Positions 1 through 18,420 of a stretch of DNA of 64,000 nucleotides are shown here, piece by piece. Positions within the stretch are counted from its first letter, which is position 1. The number at the start of each line of letters is the position of its first letter. The translations under genes and the position numbers were made by a program. Origin of the DNA: Eledone cirrhosa (Eukaryota); assembly GCA_964016885.1 (NCBI GenBank), contig OZ024764.1:1798001-1862000 (forward strand). The letters run 5' to 3'. The notes under the pieces were generated by a model. That model was not told the DNA's origin. It saw only the letters and a list, made by a program, of their open reading frames with translations, and did not search any database.

Positions 1-13
1 ACGGCAAAAAAGC

Positions 14-52
<39 letters not shown>

Positions 53-83
53 AACAAGTATATGTATATATATATATATATAT

Positions 84-459
84 AGGAACAAGTAAGACCC
101 CGACGGCTGAGCTCAAGCCGTTTCGACGGCTAATTCGAAACGGCTTGAGCTCAGCTGTCAGGGTCTTACTTGTTCCTATTACCCACTCTACTACCCTAAG
201 TATTGAGTACTTTGGTGCGTTATGGTCCACCTGGTTCCTTACCACATTTCCTTCGTTATATATATATATGTATATATATATATGTATATATATATACATA
301 TATATATATATGGAAGAAATGTGGTAAGGAACCAGGTGGACCATAACGCACCAAAGTACTCAATACTTAGGGTAGTAGAGTGGGTAATAGGAACAAGTAG
401 GACCCCAGAATTAGCCGTCGAAACGGCTTGAGCTCAGCCGTCGGGGTCCTACTCGTTCC

Positions 460-460
<1 letters not shown>
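84..460. mobile_element. Family-A short element: two head-to-head inverted pairs (84-136 minus / 136-256 plus; 312-406 minus / 406-460 plus) in (TA)n, carrying the 3' half of a hammerhead fold
   Basis: Inverted copies are directly visible. GAAAC-GGCT-tgagctc-AGCC-GTC-ggggtcc at 420-449. Related copies at 43341-43749 and 44762-44994. Confidence 0.7.
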
Positions 461-6683
<6,223 letters not shown>

Positions 6684-6864
6684 AGTTAATATAAATTAAT
6701 ATATTTGATAAACGCAAATACCAACATATCCATGTTTGTATTGTAAATGACTAAGTTAGCTAGATTGAAAAATATGTATTATACGGCTCAGAAATACTTC
6801 TTTCTTTGAGCTATTTCATTGTAAAGGACTACCTGAGATTTGAACTCATTATTAATAGTATATG

Positions 6865-6901
<37 letters not shown>

Positions 6902-6939
6902 TATATATATATACATATATATATATATTTATTAAAATA

Positions 6940-7015
6940 ACAGATTAAAGTTTAAGCAAAGAACCGCTGCTTTCACCCTTAACGGGATCTTCTGAAACTA
7001 ACAAAGTCAATCTGT
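6940..7015 (-). ncRNA. Hammerhead-like fold (U4A core), inverted copy of 7396-7471
   Basis: Reverse complement of the plus copy. Confidence 0.6.
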
Positions 7016-7395
7016 AAACGCAGAACTGGATAATTTCAAAAAACGTTGCAACCGGAGGAAGACAGGAAGACGATACTTTGGTTCATGGTGACGTTCGCTG
7101 GCAAAGAACGGGAAAAAACGAATATAATACGTCATTAATAGGAGCGGTAAAAAACAATTACGTGCAAGGACAGAACACGTTTATGGTATAAAAGAGGTCG
7201 TAGACTAATGTTCTCTAAGTGGTTCATAGAGACGTTCTCTGGCAATGAACGAAAAAACAAAAGATAATAAGTCATATGTGGAGCAGGGAGAACAATAGCG
7301 TGCAAAGACAAAACCACGTATGTGGTATAGCAGAAGTATCGTCTTCCTGTCTTCCTCCGGTTGCAACCTTTTTTGAAATATCCACTTCTGCGTTT

Positions 7396-7471
7396 ACAGA
7401 TTGACTTTGTTAGTTTCAGAAGATCCCGTTAAGGGTGAAAGCAGCGATTCTTTGCTTAAACTTTAATCTGT
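7396..7471 (+). ncRNA. Type I hammerhead-like fold with CAGAAGA (U4A) core
   Basis: Stem I AGTTT/AAACT plus distal acagatt/aatctgt; CAGAAGA 7417-7423; stem II t-CCC-gttaa-GGG-t; GAA-AGCAG...TTGCT-T; CUU site after 7457. Confidence 0.6.
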
Positions 7472-7597
7472 TATTTTAATAAATGTTTGCTCTTCGGTTC
7501 TTATATATTTGATATATATTTATCCTTATCGAGCCCTCTCTGGATTTTAGTCTTCAATTTTATTATTATTACTATTATTACTATACATATATATATG

Positions 7598-7818
7598 TGG
7601 AGAGACGATCGACTTTCGTCAAATCGGACCGAGGGAACAATGTTTCCGTTGGTCTTTCCAATTGCTAATACTATCTATCGGTCGCAACTCCAGGTAGAAG
7701 GAGCAACGTGAAATAAAGTGTCTTGCTCAAGGACATAACGCATCGCCTGGTCCAGGAATCGAACTCACAACCTTACGATTGCGAATCCAATTCTCTAACC
7801 ACTCAGCCACACGCCTTC
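7598..7818 (-). mobile_element. tRNA-derived SINE
   Basis: Minus strand has A box TGGCTGAGTGG, B box GTTCGATTC and the gtccttgagcaagacactttatttcac body shared with other SINE copies here. Confidence 0.8.
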
Positions 7819-7819
7819 A

Positions 7820-8262
<443 letters not shown>

Positions 8263-8615
8263 AGAGATAGATCATGAGAGGTAGACAGAAGGTCTGTGTT
8301 GGTGGTTGGAGCAATGTTTACCTTGGCACTCTATAGCTGGGTGTCTACACCCCCCCCCCCCCCCACACACACACACACATATAATCAACCCAAAGGTACA
8401 GTATATGAAGGAATATATTAGTTTGATGCTTGAAAAAAATAAGGATTTGAAAACACCATGTTTTTATTTTACATACATGTCACATTTATAGTACATATAT
8501 AAACAGACAGGTGTGTGTATGTATATATACACACACACACACACACACGTATATATTTATATATATACATAGGAAAATATACTGGCAGGGAAACCTTACG
8601 CTAGCCCCGTTAACT

Positions 8616-9724
<1,109 letters not shown>

Positions 9725-9726
<2 letters not shown>

Positions 9727-10058
9727 GAGCACATGGCTTAGTGGTTAGAGCATTGGCCTTGCAATCGAAAGGTTGTGAGTTCAATTCTCAGACCGGGTGA
9801 TGTGTTGTTTCCTTGAGCAAGACACTTTATTTCACATTGCTCCAGTTTACTCAGCTGTAGAAATGAGATGATAGGGACTGGGGTCCCTATCATTCCACTG
9901 TAAAGTGGTCGTGTAGGTGCCACGGCAAAAAGCACCCAGCACTCACTGTAAATGAGGTTGGTGTTAGGAAGGGCATCCAGCTGTAGAAATCAAGCCAGAA
10001 TCAGTTCCCGTCCCACCCTTGCAAGCAGGGAGAAGCGGACGTAAAATGATGATGATGA
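9725..10058 (+). mobile_element. Full-length tRNA-derived SINE with RTE-like 3' tail and (TGA)n end
   Basis: A box TGGCTTAGTGG, B box GTTCAATTC, body ggttggtgttaggaagggcatccagctgtagaaa, tail cggacgtaaaatgatgatg; many copies in the window. Confidence 0.9.
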
Positions 10059-10072
10059 CACACATATATATA

Positions 10073-10973
10073 TATGATGATGATGATGATATAGAGCAGG
10101 TAAAATTCCCGAGATCCATGGACAAGTTCTTTCCAGTGGTCTCTGTCCTTCATCATTGCCGCCATGTCCTGTGTCTCCCAGAGACCGGTGTTTGTCTTTA
10201 GGGCATCAACATATGTCAACCTCGGTCTCCCTCTTCTTATGTGTCTGTGTAGGGGCTCCCACAAGATCTTCAGGTCTTTACGAAGGACCGACTTCCACAC
10301 TGATCCCAAACTGTGGCACACCGCCCAGGCTTTGCTCTTCCTCTCAACCACATCATCCTCTCTGTTCCCAATCTTTGCTCCCAAATACAGGAAGTCCTCA
10401 ACCAGTTCTAGCGGCTTCCCACCTACATTAGCAATCTTCTCTGGCTTCTTAATATTCTCTAGCAGATACTTCGTCTTAATCTCATTCATTTTCAGCCCAC
10501 ACTCATCGACACAGTCTCCACCTCCTGCATCAAATCCTCTGCCTCCTTCACTGTGTTTGTCACCAAAACTATGTTGTCAACAAATTCAGCATCTGATATC
10601 TTTTTAGCCTTAACTCTGCTGCCCTCAGCCGGTGCTACAGTAAAGCCAGAGTCCTTGTCTTTCTCCAGTGCAAGGCGCATACAATAGTCCACTACAATGA
10701 CAAAAATGTAGGGAGCCAATGTATCTCCCTGGAGCACTCCAGCCAGTATCTCACAGAACTCTGTCATCCCATCAAGTGTAATGACTTGGGCTTTGGTGTT
10801 GGTGTAGAGCAGTGATATCAGGTCCACTATCTTCTTGGGGATTCCATAAGCCTGTAAGATCTTCATCAGGCAGTGACGGTCCACAGAATCAAAGGCCTTC
10901 CTAAAGTCAATGAAAATCATGACTGCAGGAAAGCTCTTTGCTCTAGCTCCCTCTAATATCCTCCTCAGCATCA
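10073..10973 (-). pseudogene. Degenerate non-LTR retrotransposon (RTE-like) reverse transcriptase 3' fragment
   Basis: RT motifs IFIDFRKAFDSV, GVLQGDTLAPYIF, decayed FVDNI (YADD position), FLYLGA, RGRPRLTY; frameshift near 10490; internal deletion; (ATC)n tail. Confidence 0.9.
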
Positions 10974-11198
10974 GTGAGTGCTGGGTGCTTTGTTGCCGTG
11001 GCACCTCCACGACCACTTTGCAGTGGAATGATAGGGACCCCAGTCCCTATCATCTCATTTCTACAGCTGAGTAAACTGGAGCAATGTGACATAAAGTGTC
11101 TTGCTCAAGGAAACAACACATCACCCGGTCTGAGAATTGAACTCACAACCCTTTCGATTACAAGCCCAATGCTCTAACCACTAAGCCATGTGCCTCCA
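10974..11198 (-). mobile_element. tRNA-derived SINE (5' part)
   Basis: Reverse complement of the head of the 9725 SINE. Confidence 0.9.
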
Positions 11199-11469
11199 TA
11201 TATATGTATATATATGTGTGTGTAGGTATATCATTTATATGCGTAAGAGAGAGAGAGAGTGTGTATATGTGTGTGTGAATATGATTGTATGAGAGTGTGT
11301 GTAATATTTACCCCCCCACCTTCCAGTCACTCCCCCATAAACCACCAAATATCCTTCTCCATTGATATATCCTGTTCAATGAGTCAACCCCATCCCTTTC
11401 AGTGTCCTGTCAACCCCACCCCAGGCTACAGGTTAAAATGACTCAGAAAACTACAAAGTGATGGTATGT

Positions 11470-11777
11470 GTGCATATATACATATATACATACACACATA
11501 CATACACACACATACACACATACATACACACATACACACACATACACACATACACACATACACACACACATACACACACATACATACATACACACATACA
11601 TACATACATACATACACACACACACATACATACATACATACACACACCTACACACACATACATACATGCATACACACAAATACATACACACACACATACA
11701 TACATACACACCTACACACACATACATACATATATACACACATATAACATTTATATATATACACACACACACATAAC

Positions 11778-11808
<31 letters not shown>

Positions 11809-11810
11809 TA
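11470..11810. repeat. (CA)n/(CATA)n microsatellite
   Basis: Direct. Confidence 0.9.
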
Positions 11811-11867
11811 GGTTGTGATTTCAAACAAGGAAAAGCGGATGCATGATGATGATGATACACACACACA

Positions 11868-12146
11868 CACACCTACACGACCACTTTAGGTCGTGGAGGT
11901 GCCATGGAAAAAAAAGCACCCAGCACTCACTGTAAAGTGGACAGTGTAGGTGCCACGGCAAAAAAGCCCCCAACACTCACTGTAAATGAGGTTGGTGTTA
12001 GGAAGGGCATCCAGCTGTAGAAATCAAGCCAGAATCAGTTCCTGTATGAGCAAGACAAGGTCAGTCGACCAGACACTGCCCACAACAGGACAACCCGTCT
12101 AACCCATGCTAGCGTGGAAGAACAGACGTAAAACGGTGATGATGAT
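11868..12146 (+). mobile_element. SINE 3' portion with short 5' inversion
   Basis: cacctacacgacc...ggtcgtggaggtg inverted start; SINE body and (TGA)n tail. Confidence 0.8.
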
Positions 12147-12149
12147 ACA

Positions 12150-12750
12150 CTAGCCGAATTACCTGCGATTTGTTGCGTTTCACACATTTTGTTTGTAAGA
12201 AAATGATTGATTTTAAATCAGTGATATAATTAATGGAGGAAAACTCTGCATTTCAATATTACTGAATGTAAAATGTAATGCATGGAAAACTGGAAAACAT
12301 TATTTTTTGTAATATACGATCTGAGTTCAAATCCCGCCGAGGTTGACTTTGCCTTTCATCCTTACGGGGTCGATAAAATAAAGTACCAGTAATACACTGG
12401 GTAATAGCTGGCCTTGTGCCAAAAGTAGAAACAATTATTTTTTGTAATATATCAAATCAAAATTACATTATTAAATCTTATTCTTATTTTGTTTCTTGTA
12501 AATAATTTTTTTTTCTTGTCATTTACCTATGGTTTAAATTACATATAAATCGAAGGGTAACAATTTTCAGCGGGGGTTTGTGCCCCCGGGGAAGGGACCC
12601 TTTGATTAAAATGAAATATATTTATCTAAGTACCCTGGGCAATGTAGTTTCAGAATATATATGGTTACAGGGGTCTATCTCCAAAACCATAGAAGGAGTT
12701 TGTGAACAAACAAACAAACAGACAGAAACTACAACTTTATATATATATGT
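12150..12750 (-). mobile_element. Probable non-autonomous Helitron (contains a SINE fragment at 12320-12436)
   Basis: Minus strand begins tatatatataaagttgtagtttctgtctgtttgtttg (Helitron-like 5' end with microsatellite) and ends ...aattcggCTAG followed by T; the 3' hairpin is degenerate. Confidence 0.45.
12320..12436 (+). mobile_element. SINE fragment, second family (Nin-domain-like body)
   Basis: B box gagttcaaatccc followed by gactttgcctttcatccttacggggtcgataaaataaagtacc; same as 17903 and 45429. Confidence 0.75.
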
Positions 12751-12944
12751 TGGAGGTGTTACTGTTGTTGTTGTTGCTGTAGGCATTCCTGTTGTTGCTG
12801 TTGTTGTTGCTGTTGTAGCTCCTACAGTGTTGTTATCTAACATATTTATAATATTTACTTTGTTATCAAAATTACCCTCACCCCCACCACTGGATGTTGT
12901 CATGGCAGTGAATTATGGCATCATCATCATGTCAGAAACAACTG

Positions 12945-14140
12945 GTACTACCACCACAATAACACCACCACCACTACACCACTACACCACTACACCACCA
13001 CAATACCACCACCACCACTACACCACTACACCACCACAATACCACCACCACCACTACACCACAATACCACCACCACCACTACACCACCACCACCACTACA
13101 CCACCACCACCACTACACCACCACCATCACCATCACCACCACTACACCACCATCATCACCACTACACCACCACCACCATCACCACCACCATCACCACCAC
13201 TACTACACCACCACCACCATCACCATCATCACCACCACTACTACACCACCACCACCATCACCATCATCACCACCATTACACCACCACCACCACTACACCG
13301 TCACCACCACCACCACACTATCACCACCACTACTATCATCATCATGTCACAACCAACTGGTACCACCACCACTACTACACCACCACCACCACCACTACAC
13401 CACCACCACCACTATCACAACAACTACCATGAAACTCATGACGTTGATGCTGATGATGGTAGTGGCAGTGGTGGTGATCATAATGAAGGTGGTAATGGTG
13501 GTGGTGGTGGTGATGGTGGTGGTGGTGGTGATGGTGGTGATGGTGGTGGTGGTGGTGGTGGTGATGGTGGTGATCATAATGGTGGTGGTGGTGGTGGTGG
13601 TGGTGGTGGTGGTGGTGGTGGTGATGGTGGTGATCATAATGTAGGTAGTGATGGTGGTGGTGGTGGTGGTGGTGATGGTGGTGGTGGTGGTGATGGTGGT
13701 GATCATAATGTAGGTAGTGATGGTGGTGGTGGTGATGGTGATAACAATGGTGATGGTGGTGGTGGTGATGATGGTGGTGGTGGTGATAGTGGTGGTGGTG
13801 GTAGTGATAACAATGGTGGTGGTGGTGGTGAGGGTGATGGTGATGGTGGTGGTGGTGATGATAGTCATGGTGGTGGTGGTGGTGATGGTGGTGGTGGTGG
13901 TGATGATAGTGATAACAATGGTGATGAGGGTGGTGGTGATGATAGTCATGGTCGTGGTGGTGATGGTGGTCATGATGGTGGTGGTGATGGTGGTGGTGGT
14001 GGTGGTGATGGTGGTGGTGGTGATGGTGGCCATGATGGTGGTGGTGGTGGTGGTGATGGTGGCCGTGGTGGTGGTGGTGGTGATGGTGGCCATGATGGTG
14101 GTGGTGGTGATGGTGGTCATGATGGTGGCCATGATGGTGA
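12945..14140. repeat. (CAC)n tract (12945-13425) followed by (GGT)n tract (13455-14140)
   Basis: Direct trinucleotide low complexity. Confidence 0.9.
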
Positions 14141-14559
14141 TGTGCAAACTGTCTCTGATGACTCAGATGTATTCCTGTTATTGCTGATTCTTTCCCAAAC
14201 TTCTTGGAGAGGGGTTAAATGTCGGGGGGGGGGGGGGTGACAGTTTGGAGTGAGTCAATGTGGGGGGGGGTATATCTAGCTGGACCTCCCCTTCCTCTTT
14301 CCCCCCTCTCTGTGTTTTTATTCCCTCTCTCTTCCTCCCCTTTCCTCTTCATGCACCTTCTCCCCCTCTCTCTGTTTTCTTATTCCCTCTCTCGCTCTCC
14401 TACTCTTTCTCCCCCTCTCTCCTTCCTCTTCATGATCTTTCTCCCCCTCTCTCCTCTCCTGTCCTCCTCTCTTTCCTTCCTCTCCTCCACCCCCTCCTAT
14501 CATACCTCCACTGATCCAAGGTAGGTCACTATCTTGTGGATGTCAAAGGAAAACCTCCT

Positions 14560-15142
14560 CCTCACCACCACCACCATCACCAACACCACCAACAACACCA
14601 CCACCATCACTACCGTCATCATCATCACTAACAACACCACCACCATCACTACCATCATCACCACCACCACCATCACTACCGTCAACAACATCATCACCAT
14701 CAACACCACCAACAACACCACCACCACCACACCACTACCACTACACCACCACCACTACATCACCACGACCACCACCACTATATCATCACCACTACACACC
14801 ACCACCACTACACCACCACCACTGCACCACCACCACCACCATACACACCACCACCACTACACCACCACTACACCACCACCACTACACACCCACCACCTCC
14901 ACCACTACATCACCACCACCACTACACCACTACATCACCACCACTACACTACCACCACCACTACACACCCACCACCTCCACCACACCACTACATCACCAC
15001 CACCACTACACCACTACATCACCACCACTACACACCACCTCCACTACACCACCACCATCACTACACCACCACCTCCACCACACCACTACATCACCACCAC
15101 CACTACACCACACCACCACTACACCACCACCACCACCACCAA
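14560..15142. repeat. (CAC)n low-complexity tract
   Basis: Direct. Confidence 0.9.
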
Positions 15143-15647
15143 TACACACCAGATGTCAGTTGGCAGTATCCATGTTGTTTCCCTACCAAACATATGGTCC
15201 TCATTTCTCAGCCTTTTATAATCTACCTCACAACCCCCCACCCTTTTTACACCCCACAGGTACACCACCTCTACCATCACCCCTACCACTACCTCCTCTA
15301 CCACTCCCACCAATACTATTGCTAACACTACCACTACCACCGACACTCCCTACAATCACCACCACCACTACCCAAACCCTCACACACACAAGAACATAGT
15401 TCCCCTAAATAACTTACCTACAAAGAATCCTGGTGCCTTTGTTTGGCGAACCCTGCAGCAGAAGTCCCTGCGGTGGGGTGACATCCCCCATTTCAACCCT
15501 TTTCCAAGCCCCTTCCTCTCTGCACTGTTGTTGTGTATTCTAAGGCTTAAACTATGAAAACAACAATTGTCTTTATGGTCTTTCTTTTATCTCAGTCGGT
15601 TCTGGAACATGTCCGCCGTGATAAACAAGGGATTACTGTATATATAT

Positions 15648-15784
15648 GTGCATGGCTTAGTGGTTAGGCTTGCAATTGAAAGGTTGTGAGTTCAATTCTC
15701 AGACCGGGTGATGTGTTGTTTCCTTGAGCAAGACACTTTATTTCACATTGCTCCAGTTTACTCAGCTGTAGAAATGAGATGATA
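15648..15784 (+). mobile_element. SINE 5' part abutting the satellite
   Basis: Matches the head of the 9725 SINE. Confidence 0.85.
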
Positions 15785-17902
15785 TATAGAGTAATGTAAA
15801 TGTTATGTGAGATATTATGTGAGGTAAAGCCTTTACTGTGAAAATACAATAGTATATATAGAGTAATGTAAATGTTATGTGAGATATTATGTGAGGTAAA
15901 GCCTTTACTGTGAAAATACAATAGTCTATATAGAGTAATGTAAATGTTATGTGAGATATTATGTGAGGTAAAGCCTTTACTGTGAAAATACAATAGTATA
16001 TATAGAGTAATGTAAATGTTATGTGAGATATTATGTGAGGTAAAGCCTTTACTGTGAAAATACAATAGTATATATAGAGTAATGTAAATGTTATGTGAGG
16101 TAAGGCCTTTACTGTGAAAATACAATAGTATATATAGAGTAATGTAAATGTTATGTGAGGTAAAGACTTTACTGTGAAAATACAATAGTATATATATAGT
16201 AATGTAAATGTTATGTGAGATATTATGTGAGGTAAAACCTTTACTGTGACAATACAATAGTAAATATAGAATAATGTAAATGTTATGTGAGATATTATGT
16301 GAGGTAAAGCCTTTACTGTGAAAATACAATAGTATATATAGAGTAATGTAAATGTTATGTGAGATATTATGTGAGGTAAGGCCTTTACTGTGAAAATACA
16401 ATAGTATATATAGAGTAATGTAAATGTTATGTGAGGTAAAGACTTTACTGTGAAAATACAATAGTATATATAGAGTAATGTAAATGTTATGTGAGGTAAA
16501 GCCTTTACTGTGACAATACAATAGTATATATAGAGTAATGTAAATGTTATGTGAGATATTATGTGAGGTAAAGCCTTTACTGTGAAAATACAATAGTATA
16601 TATAGAGTAATGTAAATGTTATGTGAGATATTATGTGAGGTAAAGCCTTTACTGTGAAAATACAATAGTATATATAGAGTAATGTAAATGTTATGTGAGA
16701 TATTATGTGAGGTAAAGCCTTTACTGTGACAATACAATAGTATATATAGAGTAATGTAAATGTTATGTGAGGTATTATGTGAGGTAAAGTCTTTACTGTG
16801 ACAATACAATAGTATATATAGAGTAATGTAAATGTTATGTGAGATATTATGTGAGGTAAAGCCTTTACTGTGACAATACAATAGTATATATAGAGTAATG
16901 TAAATGTTATGTGAGGTAAAGTCTTTACTGTGACAATACAATAGTATATATAGAGTAATGTAAATGTTATGTGAGATATTATGTGAGGTAAAGCCTTTAC
17001 TGTGACAATACAATAGTATATATAGAGTAATGTAAATGTTATGTGAGATATTATGTGAGGTAAAGCCTTTACTGTGAAAATACAATAGTATATATAGAGT
17101 AATGTAAATGTTATGTGAGGTAAAACCTTTACTGTGACAATACAATAGTAAATATAGAGTAATGTAAATGTTATGTGAGATATTATGTGAGGTAAAGCCT
17201 TTACTGTGACAATACAATAGTATATATAGAGTAATGTAAATGTTATGTGAGATATTATGTGAGGTAAAGCCTTTACTGTGAAAATACAATAGTATATATA
17301 GAGTAATGTAAATGTTATGTGAGATATTATGTGAGGTAAAGCCTTTACTGTGACAATACAATAATATATATAGAGTAATGTAAATGTTATGTGAGATATT
17401 ATGTGAGGTAAAGCCTTTACTGTGACAATACAATAGTATATATAGAGTAATGTAAATGTTATGTGAGATATGATGTGAGGTAAAGCCTTTACTGTGACAA
17501 TACAATAGTATATATAGAGTAATGTAAATGTTATGTGAGATATAATGTGTGGTAAAGCCTTTACTGTGACAATACAATAGTATATATAGAGTAATGTAAA
17601 TGTTATGTGAGATATTATGTGAGGTAAAGCCTTTACTGTGAAAATACAATAGTATATATAGAGTAATGTAAATGTTATGTGAGATATTATGTGAGGTAAA
17701 GCCTTTACTGTGAAAATACAATAGTATATATAGAGTAATGTAAATGTTATGTGAGATATTATGTGAGGTAAAGCCTTTACTGTGACAATACAATAGTATA
17801 TATAGAGTTATATACATGTTATGTGAGATATTATGTGAGGTAAAGCCTTTACTGTGACAATACAATAGTATATATAGAGTAATGTAAATGTTATGTGAGA
17901 TA
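15784..17902. repeat. 72-bp (and 60-bp variant) tandem satellite
   Basis: Unit atatagagtaatgtaaatgttatgtgagatattatgtgaggtaaagcctttactgtgaaaatacaatagtat; the short unit lacks a 12-bp internal duplication. Confidence 0.95.
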
Positions 17903-18037
17903 TTATTTTATCGACCCCGTAAGGATGAAAGGCAAAGTTAACCTCGGCGGGATTTGAACTCAGAATGGCAAGGGCCGTAACTCTATGCATCAAAGCATGG
18001 CATCCAACCCTCTACCGATACTGCCAATTCACCGCCC
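17903..18037 (-). mobile_element. tRNA-derived SINE, second family (5' part)
   Basis: Reverse complement matches the start of the 45429 SINE. Confidence 0.8.
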
Positions 18038-18420
18038 TATATATATATAATGATATTTGGAGGAAGATATAGCTACTTTTTCTAGCTAAACAGTGGCAGG
18101 GTCAAGTGAGCCATACATAAGCTCTTACCCACCACTACCACCATCACCACCCTAATTACCTGCTATTGTCTAATTAATCCCCTGTCAAGGTAGATAAAGG
18201 AGTAGTTGACCTTATAAAAAGGGGTTAATATGAAACCCTAATACCTTTTGTTTCTTTTGTTATCGCCCCTTAATCTCCCTAGATTAAAAAAAGGGACCCC
18301 AGTCTTCACAGCTTTACAATACACCTGACTCTCCCTGAGGTTCCTCTCAAGACACCCCAGTCTTCACACACGACTCTCCCTGAGGTTCCTCATTCTCATT
18401 GTATATGTTACATGGTAGTG

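Larger units (their letters stand above)
6927..7560. mobile_element. HHR-bearing short element with 5' inverted duplication (arms 6927-7078 and 7334-7484)
   Basis: ~150-bp near-identical inverted arms, each containing an HHR-like fold; TA-flanked. Confidence 0.7.

Noticed and set aside
8430-8463. TTGAAAA-aaat-aagg-attt-GAAAACA-cca-TGTTT hammerhead-like string
   Set aside because: Stem I cannot form; AT-rich chance match likely
9725-9800. tRNA gene (also other SINE heads)
   Set aside because: A/B boxes are present but continue into a SINE body without a complete cloverleaf or terminator
14150-14180. CTGATGA motif
   Set aside because: No stem II/GAAA/NUH arrangement follows
13344-14240. Gly/Asp-rich ORF (and 38621-39190)
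   Set aside because: Trinucleotide low complexity open in several frames on both strands; no domain or splice support
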